This document shows, one piece after another, positions 1 through 9,575 of a stretch of DNA of 64,000 nt. The stretch spans positions 1 to 64,000 of IMG/VR virus record IMGVR_UViG_3300035698_014070, one strand, 5' to 3'. The translations under genes were made by a program, and so were the position numbers. Below the pieces are notes generated by a model. The model did not search any database. It was given only the letters and a program-made list of their open reading frames with translations, and was not told where the DNA came from. Each line of letters begins with the position of its first letter. Within the stretch, counting starts at the first letter, position 1. The stretch is from a virus.

Positions 1-192
1 CGTAGTAGAGATGATGATACTGAAGAAGAAACTGGTTGTAGAAGTAGACGTAGTAGAGATGATGATACTGAAGAAGAAACTGGTCGTAGAAGTAGACGTA
101 GTAGAGATGATGATACTGAAGAAGAAACTGGTCGTAGAAGTAGACGTAGTAGAGATGATGATACTGAAGAAGAAACACCACGTAGAGGTAGA
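1..192 (+). repeat. 48-bp coding tandem repeat (3 near-identical units plus 1 degenerate)
   Basis: Unit cgtagtagagatgatgatactgaagaagaaactggt(t/c)gtagaagtaga starts at 1, 49, 97 and 145. Confidence 0.95.
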
Positions 193-438
193 CGTCGTGA
201 AGAAGAAGATGATATGTCTAGTAGAGGTAGACGTGGTAAAGATGATGATACTGAAGATGATACGTCTAGTAAGCGTAATGACGAAGGTGAAGAAAGTGGT
301 GATGAAGATAGTTTACAAAATCGTTTAGCACGTAAAATGGAAGCAAATAAAGAAGATAATAAAGATAAAGACGTTGAGAAAGATGCCGATAAAGAAGAAA
401 CACCTCGTAGAGGTAGACGTGGTAGAAATGATAATTGA
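1..438 (+). CDS. C-terminal part of a 5'-truncated protein with an acidic/Arg-rich low-complexity tail, probably a gp32-like ssDNA-binding protein
   Basis: Frame +1 is open from base 1 to the stop at 438 (RSRDDDTEEETGRRSR repeats ... TPRRGRRGRNDN). The SSB call rests only on position upstream of the UvsY-like and RecA genes. Confidence 0.5.
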   Translation, partial: RSRDDDTEEETGCRSRRSRDDDTEEETGRRSRRSRDDDTEEETGRRSRRSRDDDTEEETPRRGRRREEEDDMSSRGRRGKDDDTEDDTSSKRNDEGEESGDEDSLQNRLARKMEANKEDNKDKDVEKDADKEETPRRGRRGRNDN

Positions 439-472
439 TGACACTGTATAGAGATTTTTAGGAGTACTAATT

Positions 473-979
473 GTGCCAACATTAGATGAGTATATTAAGA
501 AGATAAAAAGCAGACTTCCAATTGATCAATTCAACTTAAGTGAAGAGTGCGTGAAGCAGCCAGATTTGTATGCAGATATTGGAACGTTAGCTGCAGAGAT
601 GAGAGATGATGCACATAAATGTAAAGATAATTTTGAATTTGTTTGTGCAGATTTAAAAATGCAAATAAGAAGTGATCCAGAAAAATTTGGTGTAAAGAAA
701 GTTACCGAGGGGTCTATATCAGAAGCGTTAATACTGTGTAAAAAATATAGTGAAGTGCAGAACGCATATAGAGAATCTGAACTTATTTCATCAAAAATGA
801 GTGTACTATTGTCAGCAGCTGAACAGCGTAAAAGTATGTTACGTGATTTAATATCATTGTATATTCATTCATATTATACTGATGAGAATAAAAAGCCGAT
901 TGCTGGAATAGAAAAAGATCGTATTACTGATATTGCTGAAGATAACATTGCTAATATGCATAAAGGTAATGAACAATAA
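473..979 (+). CDS. UvsY-like recombination mediator
   Basis: 168-aa helical protein (IDQFNLSEECVKQPDLY...AAEQRKSML) directly upstream of recA. Confidence 0.55.
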   Translation: MPTLDEYIKKIKSRLPIDQFNLSEECVKQPDLYADIGTLAAEMRDDAHKCKDNFEFVCADLKMQIRSDPEKFGVKKVTEGSISEALILCKKYSEVQNAYRESELISSKMSVLLSAAEQRKSMLRDLISLYIHSYYTDENKKPIAGIEKDRITDIAEDNIANMHKGNEQ

Positions 980-2037
980 TGGCAAGACGCAGAAGAAACG
1001 AAGAAATTAATAGTGCACTAGATGATGCTATTGCTGAACCAGTTATAGTAAAATTACTTAGTATACGTAATTGGTTTTCTACGGGCTGTACTTTATTAGA
1101 TTTGGCTATATCAGATTATTACCCTGGAGGCGTACCTGCTGGTCGTTATATACATATTTACGGTGCAGAAGCCACGGCAAAAACTGTACTTGCGATGACG
1201 ATTCTTGGTTCTGCTCAACGAAATGGATTGAAGACTTTTTTTAATGATGTTGAGAATACTTTTGATGAACAGTGGGCGCGCCTTTTTGGGTTACAATGTG
1301 ATGATTCAAATAAATGGAATTTAACTGCTTCTAAGTCTATTGAGGATTTTTTTGATGAATATTTGAATATTATTTTGGAGGATAAAGATGATGTAAAGAA
1401 AGTAATAGCTGTAGATAGTTTGACAGCAATGCCCTCTGAAAAAGAGTTATCTGAAGATATGACAGATTTAGGATTTCAGGCAACACGACCAAAGCAGATT
1501 GGATTAGGTTTGCGTAAGTACATGATGTCAGTTGCGAAATCTGATACCACAATTATATTTATAGATCAGACACGTGATAATATTGGTGGATATGGTGAGC
1601 GTGTTTCAGGTGGGCGCGCTCTTCCTTTTTATGCTTCTGTTAGAATTCATTTATTTTCTGGTGAAAAGATAGTTAATAAGTTTGATAAAGAAATCGGTGT
1701 ATGGATTAAGTTCAAGATTGAGAAAAATAAAGTAGCTGCTCCATACAAAGAAGGAAGATTTAAAATACTATGGGATTATGGTATTGATAATATTGCAACT
1801 AATCTTGATTTTATTGCATCAAATTCTGTTTTAGAAAAAGATGATTCAGATAAATCAGATAGACGTAAAGGAAAAAAGAAGACAGGTTGGTATTCATTTA
1901 ATGGTATTAAGAAACGTTTAAACGCCATGATTGATTACATTGAAGAAGAGAAGTTAGAAAAAGAATTAGATAAAGAAACAGCAGACTTATGGTTTGAAAT
2001 ACATAAGCCTGAAAAAAGAAAAGCGAGGATCTGGTGA
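979..2037 (+). CDS. recA: RecA/UvsX-family recombinase
   Basis: STGCTLLDLAI, GGVPAGR, Walker A variant GAEATAKT, Walker B IAVDSL, SGGRALPFYASVRI, KNKVAAPY. Confidence 0.95.
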   Translation: MARRRRNEEINSALDDAIAEPVIVKLLSIRNWFSTGCTLLDLAISDYYPGGVPAGRYIHIYGAEATAKTVLAMTILGSAQRNGLKTFFNDVENTFDEQWARLFGLQCDDSNKWNLTASKSIEDFFDEYLNIILEDKDDVKKVIAVDSLTAMPSEKELSEDMTDLGFQATRPKQIGLGLRKYMMSVAKSDTTIIFIDQTRDNIGGYGERVSGGRALPFYASVRIHLFSGEKIVNKFDKEIGVWIKFKIEKNKVAAPYKEGRFKILWDYGIDNIATNLDFIASNSVLEKDDSDKSDRRKGKKKTGWYSFNGIKKRLNAMIDYIEEEKLEKELDKETADLWFEIHKPEKRKARIW

Positions 2038-2456
2038 CAACACTTTATTTAGCTAATCCATTTGTTTCTAGAAAGGCAACTAGAGAATGGGAATTGTGCT
2101 TTGAGAAAGAAACTGGTACAGATTTAATTAATCCATTTTATGATACAGAACGTACAGATATTTTAGATATAGATGCAGGTAGAATGGACAGATATGCTGC
2201 TGATCCTGATATAATAGTTGATCACGATGTTGGTTTAATTAAGAAAGCAGATGGAATACTCGCAATAGTCGATGGATCTACATCTGTTGGAACAATCATG
2301 GAAATAGTATATGCATTTATAGATAGTAAATTAGTATACTTGATAGTAACAAATGGTGAAGAGAATCATCCGTGGTTACGTTATCACGCTACTAAAGTAT
2401 TTACAAGTTATACAGAAGCGTTAGGTTTTTTTACAACAGAAAAAGGATTATCATGA
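2034..2456 (+). CDS. Nucleoside 2-deoxyribosyltransferase-like protein
   Basis: YLANPF, D..LIKKADGILA and GTIMEIVYA motifs. Confidence 0.75.
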   Translation: MTTLYLANPFVSRKATREWELCFEKETGTDLINPFYDTERTDILDIDAGRMDRYAADPDIIVDHDVGLIKKADGILAIVDGSTSVGTIMEIVYAFIDSKLVYLIVTNGEENHPWLRYHATKVFTSYTEALGFFTTEKGLS

Positions 2457-3211
2457 GTAGACTAGTTATTGGTTTAGATTTATCATTAAATCATATTGGT
2501 GGCGTTTGCTTTTATAATAATTCATCAGATTATTCTGATGTTAAGTGGGCGTACATATCTAATACAAAAAAAGAAATTAACATAAAAACTAGTTCTGTAT
2601 ATACTAAATATCTTCCATCACGAATAACCAATAAAAAATTAGATACATATGAAGATATAGATAATTATGGCGTTTTTAGATTGAGTTATCTTAAGCGATT
2701 AATATATGATATGTTGTTACACTTTTGTGAATTGAGTACTGGTGATAGTGATGACATATACTTTGCGATAGAAGGATACTCATATGGATCTAAATCAAAT
2801 TCTACATATCAAATAGGTGAATTAGGTGGTGCTGTTAGAGATATATGTTATCTGTTTGGTTGTATTAGAATTCATGATCCGTATAGTATTAAGTTATGGG
2901 CAACTAATAAAGGGAATGCGAAGAAGCGAGCTATGTATAATGCTTATACTAAATACTCAGTTTGTTTAGATGATATACATAAATTAATTGAAGAAGGTAA
3001 AGATGATTTAAAAGGTGTAGGTACTGATGTTATTGATGCATTTTGGTTGGCAGACTTATTACGTGTTGAATTAGATATAAGAGATGGAACGCTTCAGTTA
3101 ACAGATTTGAGTGAAGGTCAGCGCCAAGTATTTTTAAGAACAACAAAGACGTATCCTATAAATATGTTAAACAGACCATTCATAAAATATAGAGATGCAA
3201 TTTGTAAGTAG
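2453..3211 (+). CDS. RuvC-like Holliday junction resolvase
   Basis: VIGLDLSL, AIEGYSYG, GNAKK, DAFWLA. Confidence 0.85.
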   Translation: MSRLVIGLDLSLNHIGGVCFYNNSSDYSDVKWAYISNTKKEINIKTSSVYTKYLPSRITNKKLDTYEDIDNYGVFRLSYLKRLIYDMLLHFCELSTGDSDDIYFAIEGYSYGSKSNSTYQIGELGGAVRDICYLFGCIRIHDPYSIKLWATNKGNAKKRAMYNAYTKYSVCLDDIHKLIEEGKDDLKGVGTDVIDAFWLADLLRVELDIRDGTLQLTDLSEGQRQVFLRTTKTYPINMLNRPFIKYRDAICK

Positions 3212-3393
3212 GAGATATTGTGGTAAGAGCAAAGGATAAAGTAAAACAGAGTGTAAGTATTCCTTCTACTTGTACACGTAAGTTTAAAAATGCAAAAGAA
3301 GCGTGGAGGTTTATTACAAAAGGAAGAGTAGTTATTCCAGAATATAATAAGTGGTTGGGTTGGCTTAGTTATAAAATGAACGCGAGTAAGTAG

Positions 3394-4647
3394 ATGTTTA
3401 AGAAATTATCTATTACAAATTTTCAATCTCATAAAGATACATTTATTACTTTTGATCCTGGTATAAATGTTATTACAGGTACGTCTCGCTCTGGTAAGAC
3501 GGCTGTACTGCGCGCACTTCGATGGTTATATGAGAATAGACCTAGAGGTAACAACTTTATTCGCCATACAACTACTCGTGCAGATGTTATACTTTCTGTA
3601 GATAATAATGATAAAGAAGTCATGGTTGCGCGTGTTAGAGATAAGAAAGATAATTGTTATATTATTAATACTTCATCTAATATGCTTGCTGTAGATGACG
3701 TGAAGTACGAGGCTCTTCGCGGTACTGTACCTGAGGAAGTATCTGAAGTATTAAACATATCTGATATAAATATACAATCTCAGTTTGATCCATATTTTTT
3801 GATATTAGATACACCAGGATCTGTTGGGCAGTACGTTACAAAGATAACAAAACTGGATGAAGTTGATCAATTATTGCGTAGGTTTTCTTCTAAGATACGA
3901 AAGACTGAAGAAATAATAACAGCTGTTGATAATAGTGTAGATGAGTGTAATAGTAAATTAGATGAGTTAGACAGAATAGATTTTAAGAAGTATGCGTACA
4001 GTTTAAGTGTGTTTAAAACAGCATCTAGTAGAATAGATGATATTACAAGTTCACTGTTAGAACTAACAAAATTAATTAATTCTACTAAAAGTGCGTTTAA
4101 ACAGTTAGATAAAATAGATCCAAATATAGAATATGTGATACGTGATGCTAATACTGTTTTATTATCATATAGTGATATAGATAACGATTTACGTGCAGTA
4201 CAGGATTTTGTATATACATATTCAGATATAGACAAAGAACTAATAAGTATACCAGATAATATAGACGCCGCTTTGGTTAATGGAAATAAAGCATTTGATT
4301 TGTGCGCGCAATCTATACTTAATTATGGTACAATTAGAGTAGATATAAATAAAGTTAAACGTATTGAAGATGAATTAGAATATATTCCTAAAGACATTAA
4401 AAAAGTTGTTCATCATGGAGATAAAGTTTTAACAGCTATTTTAAATAATGTATCTAAAATAAATATGCTGTATGGCTATATTAATAATACAAAGTCATTA
4501 ATTGATAAATATGAAAGTAGTAGTAATGAATACAGCGTTTTGTGTGTAAAGAAGACAGAGTTAACAAATAGTTTAACAGTATGTCCTATATGTTGTCAAG
4601 AGTTGGTTGAAGATAGTTCATTAGAAAACGTATTAGAGAATTATTGA
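3394..4647 (+). CDS. SbcC/Rad50/gp46-like ATPase, N-terminal half (Walker A to zinc hook)
   Basis: NFQSH, GINVITGTSRSGKT, Q-loop QSQFD, coiled coil ending in CPIC. Confidence 0.9.
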   Translation: MFKKLSITNFQSHKDTFITFDPGINVITGTSRSGKTAVLRALRWLYENRPRGNNFIRHTTTRADVILSVDNNDKEVMVARVRDKKDNCYIINTSSNMLAVDDVKYEALRGTVPEEVSEVLNISDINIQSQFDPYFLILDTPGSVGQYVTKITKLDEVDQLLRRFSSKIRKTEEIITAVDNSVDECNSKLDELDRIDFKKYAYSLSVFKTASSRIDDITSSLLELTKLINSTKSAFKQLDKIDPNIEYVIRDANTVLLSYSDIDNDLRAVQDFVYTYSDIDKELISIPDNIDAALVNGNKAFDLCAQSILNYGTIRVDINKVKRIEDELEYIPKDIKKVVHHGDKVLTAILNNVSKINMLYGYINNTKSLIDKYESSSNEYSVLCVKKTELTNSLTVCPICCQELVEDSSLENVLENY

Positions 4648-4648
4648 T

Positions 4649-4879
4649 ATGGCAGTAATAGGAACAGATTTTAAAATAAGTAGAAATAAAACTTTTGAAG
4701 TAGAGATTGGTTGTGAAAAGCCTGTTTGCTTTTTATTATCATTTAAATTAAATTTTAGAGAAGATCACGCCGGATTATACATTATGTTTAATTTTTTTAC
4801 TTTTTTTACATATATTAGTATTTACGATAATCGTCATTGGGACTATGAAAAAAATGAGTGGTGTACTTATGAGAAATAA
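4649..4879 (+). CDS. Hypothetical protein
   Basis: Tightly packed ORF in the operon. Confidence 0.6.
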   Translation: MAVIGTDFKISRNKTFEVEIGCEKPVCFLLSFKLNFREDHAGLYIMFNFFTFFTYISIYDNRHWDYEKNEWCTYEK

Positions 4880-5053
4880 ATGTTATCAAGGTGGTGAACG
4901 CCATAATTTTGAACCAAGATATGATGAACAATCAGTAGAATACGTTGGCGATTTAAGTTTTAAATGGACTACTGCTAAAGAAATCAGATCTTTTTTCTTT
5001 TATAAAATTTATTTATATGATATATATATGTGGTGTGGTAAGAAGGTAGAAAG

Positions 5054-5974
5054 ATGAGATTATTAATACTAGGTGATACACACTTTACAACTAAAGCACC
5101 TGCTCGTCGTATAGATGAATACTATGCTACGCAGTTGAATAAGTTTGAACAGGCACTGAAGATATATAATGATAAAAATTGTGATATAATTATTCAAGTA
5201 GGTGATTTGTTTGATTCACCATACGCGAGTGATTTAGTTAAAGTAGATCTTATTAAGTTATTAGATGTATATTTAAGAAATCCAATGTTATGCGTGTATG
5301 GGCAGCACGATATTTTTGGACATGCTGCTCAATCGTTTAATAAAACTCCTATGGCTGTATTAGAAGCGGCAAACTATATATATGTGGTGCGTGAGAATGG
5401 TTATATTTCTGAAGATACTTGTGTACAAGGAGCATCTTATGGAGAAGAGATACCAGCTATTCATAAGAACACATGCGATATGTATAATGTATTAGTGATA
5501 CATGAAATGATAGGTCCAAAGGATCTGTACCCAGGTCAGAATATTATGAAGCCAAGGAGTTTTTTAAAGTCATATGATTACGATTTGGTTTGTTGTGGCG
5601 ATTATCACTATTCATTTATAGATAAAATTGGTGATAGGATTATATTAAATCCAGGAGCATTACTTCGTAAGACAATCAATGATAATGATTTAAAGCATAA
5701 GCCTTGTGTTATGATAGTAGATACAGAGGAACGAACTGTTGATACTATATATTTAGATATTAAAGACACTGCAGAAGTATTTGATTTATCTAATACAAGT
5801 GTGAAAAATAAAGATGAAGAAGTAATGGAGTTTATTAATCAATTAAAGAAGCAGCAAGGTATAAACATTACATGGCAGGATTTATTAGAAAAAGTACTTG
5901 ATGAGAAAAAAATAGGTAAAAAAACTCGAGATATAGTATATAATGAAATAGAGGAGATGCACAGTGAAAACTGA
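5054..5974 (+). CDS. SbcD/Mre11/gp47-like metallophosphoesterase nuclease
   Basis: GDTH, GDLFD, GQHD, GDYH, NPGALLR. Confidence 0.92.
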   Translation: MRLLILGDTHFTTKAPARRIDEYYATQLNKFEQALKIYNDKNCDIIIQVGDLFDSPYASDLVKVDLIKLLDVYLRNPMLCVYGQHDIFGHAAQSFNKTPMAVLEAANYIYVVRENGYISEDTCVQGASYGEEIPAIHKNTCDMYNVLVIHEMIGPKDLYPGQNIMKPRSFLKSYDYDLVCCGDYHYSFIDKIGDRIILNPGALLRKTINDNDLKHKPCVMIVDTEERTVDTIYLDIKDTAEVFDLSNTSVKNKDEEVMEFINQLKKQQGINITWQDLLEKVLDEKKIGKKTRDIVYNEIEEMHSEN

Positions 5975-6221
5975 CGAATTGATTCATAAAGTAAAAGAAT
6001 GTTCTAGAAAGTTAGAAGAACTAAAGTTAAAGCGAGCTAATTTAGTTGGGCAAAGAGATCGGTTATTAGAAGATTTAAAAGATAAGTTTGATGTTACTTC
6101 AATAGAAGATGCAGAGAAATTGGCTGAGGAGTTAGAAAAAGAATTAGATGAAAGTAAACAAACATTAGAAGAATCTAGAGAAATAATGGATGCGATTATT
6201 GAAAAAGCAGGCACAGAATAA
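5964..6221 (+). CDS. Small coiled-coil protein, possibly an SbcC arm segment
   Basis: Heptad-rich 85 aa between sbcD and the SbcC C-terminal half. Confidence 0.6.
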   Translation: MKTDELIHKVKECSRKLEELKLKRANLVGQRDRLLEDLKDKFDVTSIEDAEKLAEELEKELDESKQTLEESREIMDAIIEKAGTE

Positions 6222-6832
6222 TGAATGTGTCTTATTATAATAAGTTTATTGTTGAAAAAAATTATCAAAAAAAATCTTTAAAAGAGTTTTTCCTTTCTGA
6301 AATGGAGAGAAAGTCAGAGGCTGAAGAGTCTCTGGCTACTCTTCATGATATACGTGAAGTAATTAATATAACTAGTGTATTATCACAGGAAAAACTAAAG
6401 GATATTATTGAAGGATTAGTAAATCAAGCAATGCAGCCTGTGTTTGGGGAAGATACACGCTTTGAGATAGAGGGAAAGATTCAAAGAAATCAGCCTGAAA
6501 TACTTCTTCATTTAGATGTAAATGGTAATAAAGTTTCATTTAAGGATGAAGAAGCTGGAGGTATGCTTGATATTATATCATTTGCATTACGAATTGTATT
6601 TTGGGCTATTTCTCCTATTCGCAATAGTAATACTATTATTTTAGATGAACCTGGAAAGTTTATCTCAAAAGATTTGTTAGAGTTGTTTGGACAAACAATT
6701 AAGCATTTGAGTGAGCAATTAGGATTACAATTTATTATTGTTACGCACGAAGATCAGTTATCTGATATTGCAGATAAAACGTTTTACGTAACTAAAAAAG
6801 ATGGTATAAGTAATGTTGAAGAAGTACACTAA
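6221..6832 (+). CDS. SbcC/Rad50-like ATPase, C-terminal half
   Basis: Signature-like EAGGM, FALR, Walker B IILDEP, H-loop IIVTH. Confidence 0.9.
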   Translation: MNVSYYNKFIVEKNYQKKSLKEFFLSEMERKSEAEESLATLHDIREVINITSVLSQEKLKDIIEGLVNQAMQPVFGEDTRFEIEGKIQRNQPEILLHLDVNGNKVSFKDEEAGGMLDIISFALRIVFWAISPIRNSNTIILDEPGKFISKDLLELFGQTIKHLSEQLGLQFIIVTHEDQLSDIADKTFYVTKKDGISNVEEVH

Positions 6833-7062
6833 TGAGTAAAGAAAATAAGTGGGTAAAAACAAAGAGGTATGGATGTGAAAATCCATCTTATTATGAAAAC
6901 GCATTTTACGATGGGTACATTCAACGGTATAAGAAAGGAAGCTGGTTTTTTGATATTCGTATAGTTGGTAAAAATATTAATCTTTATGGGAGTAAATCTC
7001 TTAAAGAGGCTAAAAGAATCGTTAAAGAAATAGCAAAATTATTAAAAAGTAAAAGAAAATAA
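6832..7062 (+). CDS. Hypothetical protein
   Basis: Translationally coupled ORF. Confidence 0.6.
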   Translation: MSKENKWVKTKRYGCENPSYYENAFYDGYIQRYKKGSWFFDIRIVGKNINLYGSKSLKEAKRIVKEIAKLLKSKRK

Positions 7063-7217
7063 GTGGGTGCTGATAAAAATTTTAGTTTCTTTTTAGACGA
7101 TTTGTATGGAGAATAAAAATGTTAATAAAAACTTAGACAGCTGATTGATAATTAGTATTAGTACTATAAGTTCTACGGTAGAACACAGCACTCACTTATA
7201 TTTTTGGAGATAATACG

Positions 7218-7634
7218 TTGTTAACAAATTTTTGTTCTAAGTGTAATAATTATGAAGGTTTAGATGCAGAAGCACTTGATATACCCTTTTACTGTACAAA
7301 ATGTGGTGTATTAAAGTTTCCATACAAAGCATTGTACGGTGTTGTTTTTTTACATCAGATTAAAGAACCATCTAAGTACGAAGGTTCAAAGTTATATATA
7401 CCTGAAAATTATCGTATTCATTATAAAAAAGGTATTGGTATTATATTATCAGTAGGATGCGGCAATAAAGATAAGAAGACTGGTAAAATAAAACAACATA
7501 CATTGTGTGATGGTTTACTTGTTGGGTATGATAAAGATGTACCTTGGTCATTACCAATAATAGGTACTGATGGTAAACTACATAATGTTATTGTTTGTAA
7601 TGTAGAAGATGTATACGCAGAGATAGAGCAATGA
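7218..7634 (+). CDS. GroES-like co-chaperonin with N-terminal CxxC...CxxC zinc ribbon
   Basis: ALYGVVFL..IKE....GSKLYIP, GIILSVGCG, G..VGY and CNVEDVYAEIE follow the Cpn10 pattern. Confidence 0.7.
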   Translation: MLTNFCSKCNNYEGLDAEALDIPFYCTKCGVLKFPYKALYGVVFLHQIKEPSKYEGSKLYIPENYRIHYKKGIGIILSVGCGNKDKKTGKIKQHTLCDGLLVGYDKDVPWSLPIIGTDGKLHNVIVCNVEDVYAEIEQ

Positions 7635-7661
7635 AAATACAATTAGAAGGGTTTAAACATT

Positions 7662-8042
7662 ATGATTAAACACTGTGGAATATGTAAATTTTTTAAAACT
7701 CAATTGTGTAAGTATTATGAACTTACTTCAGTTTCCCCTCCATTTTGGGCACCATTAAAATCTCAACTAGTTGGCATAGGTGATGGGCGTACTTGTGGCG
7801 CTTTTGTTGTAAGTGATATAGAATGGCTGGATAAAAATCCGGATGAGCTTATGTGCTTTGTTTTAGTTAGATATCCGCATGGGATACGATGTTCAGTATG
7901 CGGTACAGCTTTTGTAGATCCTATTTTAGAACAGATTTTTGGATTTATTTTCGATGATTTAGATGGAACAATGACTTGTAGTCATTGTGGTAGTTGTGTT
8001 AATTCTGCTTGGGAAATTATACCTGAAAACGTAGTAATTTAA
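7662..8042 (+). CDS. Cys-rich hypothetical protein
   Basis: Multiple CxxC motifs. Confidence 0.6.
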   Translation: MIKHCGICKFFKTQLCKYYELTSVSPPFWAPLKSQLVGIGDGRTCGAFVVSDIEWLDKNPDELMCFVLVRYPHGIRCSVCGTAFVDPILEQIFGFIFDDLDGTMTCSHCGSCVNSAWEIIPENVVI

Positions 8043-8305
8043 ATGATTGAAGAGAATTTTAATATAGAAGATGTATATGCAGAAATTGAGTATGAAAAAG
8101 CTAAATTTTCAGATATTTTTAAGTAAGTAGAGGTACTGGATTAGTATGAGTAGAAAAAAGATAGTAGGATATGTATTATTTGTAGTTCCAGTTACGGTTT
8201 TTGTTTTGTATGTTCTTAGTATAGTATGTTGGTGGTATCCAATAGTATTTATATGTATAGACTTATGGGCTCTTGCCTGTTCTGTTTTGTTAGCAGGAGA
8301 TTAAT

Positions 8306-8533
8306 ATGATTATTAAAGAAGAGTTGGTTTGTTCAGATTATGAAGTATATAATACTTTTGTGTCTGAAATAGATACATCAAAAACAAAAGAAGTTTGCAA
8401 ATCTGTCGATTGTCCGCATTGTAAAACAGAGATACCACATAAGTTTATACATGGTGTTACGCTTGTGTGTTCTTTTTGCGGCTTACGTATGACACCGTAT
8501 GGAAATAGGCTTGATTGTGAGTTAGAAAAATGA
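8306..8533 (+). CDS. Zinc-ribbon hypothetical protein
   Basis: CPHC...CSFC, with a GGAG RBS upstream. Confidence 0.6.
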   Translation: MIIKEELVCSDYEVYNTFVSEIDTSKTKEVCKSVDCPHCKTEIPHKFIHGVTLVCSFCGLRMTPYGNRLDCELEK

Positions 8534-8710
8534 AAATGTATCCGTGTAAATGGTGTGGTGGTTACACTATTCATTATTTTTGTTCTTTGAAGTGTAGAAT
8601 ACGCTATGATATTACATATAATAAACATTTAATTTCAATATATTCACGTCCAAAAGGATGGGAAGATGATCCTATATGGAATCCGTATTTAAAGAATTAG
8701 ATAGAAAAAT

Positions 8711-9373
8711 ATGGCTGTAAACTTAGATAAATTTAAATTAGATGAGCGTATACGCTTTAGTTATTTAAAACATCGTGGAGATGTTGTTGCAGTATCTGAG
8801 GAAACAAAAGCAGATCTTGTATACGTACGTAAAGTATGTGATAAGTATAAGAAGCAACAAAAAAGAGACGTAGGATGTTGGGTTGCTTCTAATGTATTTC
8901 AATGTATATTAGAAGGATATTATCAGAGAATTTCTCAACTTCAGCGTTATTTAAATGAATTAGAATCACAAGAGATAAATGAAGTTAGTTCTTGCTGTAA
9001 AGTACCTGTAGAGTTTAATTTAATTTATGCAGAAACAAGGTGCTTTTGTACTAAGTGTGAAAAAGAATGCGCTCTTATTAAAGTAAATGATAAATGGGTA
9101 TATAACTTTAGATTAGAAATTATACAAGAGTTACGCGAAGAAGATAAGGCATTAGTGGATTTTTCTAGTAAGATGGGATTTATTAATGGTGATCTTCCTG
9201 TACGTAACGTTGTACAAAATAAGATTGTTGTGTTAGGAGATGTTAAAAAAGAAGATTTAGATAAATCAACTGTGAATAATATAGAATCATTATCACCAAT
9301 GGAGAGAGAAAGATTAAGAAAATCTATAGAAAGTAAAATTATTAATGAAGACAAAACAAAGAGTTTACTATGA
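8711..9373 (+). CDS. Putative terminase small subunit
   Basis: N-terminal HTH-like segment, Cys cluster and helical body, located just upstream of TerL. Confidence 0.5.
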   Translation: MAVNLDKFKLDERIRFSYLKHRGDVVAVSEETKADLVYVRKVCDKYKKQQKRDVGCWVASNVFQCILEGYYQRISQLQRYLNELESQEINEVSSCCKVPVEFNLIYAETRCFCTKCEKECALIKVNDKWVYNFRLEIIQELREEDKALVDFSSKMGFINGDLPVRNVVQNKIVVLGDVKKEDLDKSTVNNIESLSPMERERLRKSIESKIINEDKTKSLL

Positions 9374-9575
9374 AGATGAGGAATTTATTGTACTTGACTG
9401 TCTTCATTGTGGTAATACTGTTTATGTTTGGAAAGAGTTTATAAATCCAACTAGACAGCAGATAGATATGATGGTAACAGATTCTGTGTCTCGTTTTCCT
9501 CAGTTATACCCAGATGATAGAGATACATTATGCATTGATAATCATTATTATTTTCATATGAGATCTAAATTATGA
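9345..9575 (+). CDS. Hypothetical protein (CxxC/His)
   Basis: ORF overlapping both neighbours. Confidence 0.55.
   Translation: MKTKQRVYYEDEEFIVLDCLHCGNTVYVWKEFINPTRQQIDMMVTDSVSRFPQLYPDDRDTLCIDNHYYFHMRSKL

Noticed and set aside
1-192. CRISPR array
   Set aside because: Units are contiguous, codon-multiple repeats without unique spacers. The same applies to the 63-bp array at 50921.
11-328. 105-aa ORF MMILKKKLVVEVD...
   Set aside because: Alternative-frame reading of the 48-bp repeat; frame +1 stays open to 438 and is more plausible.
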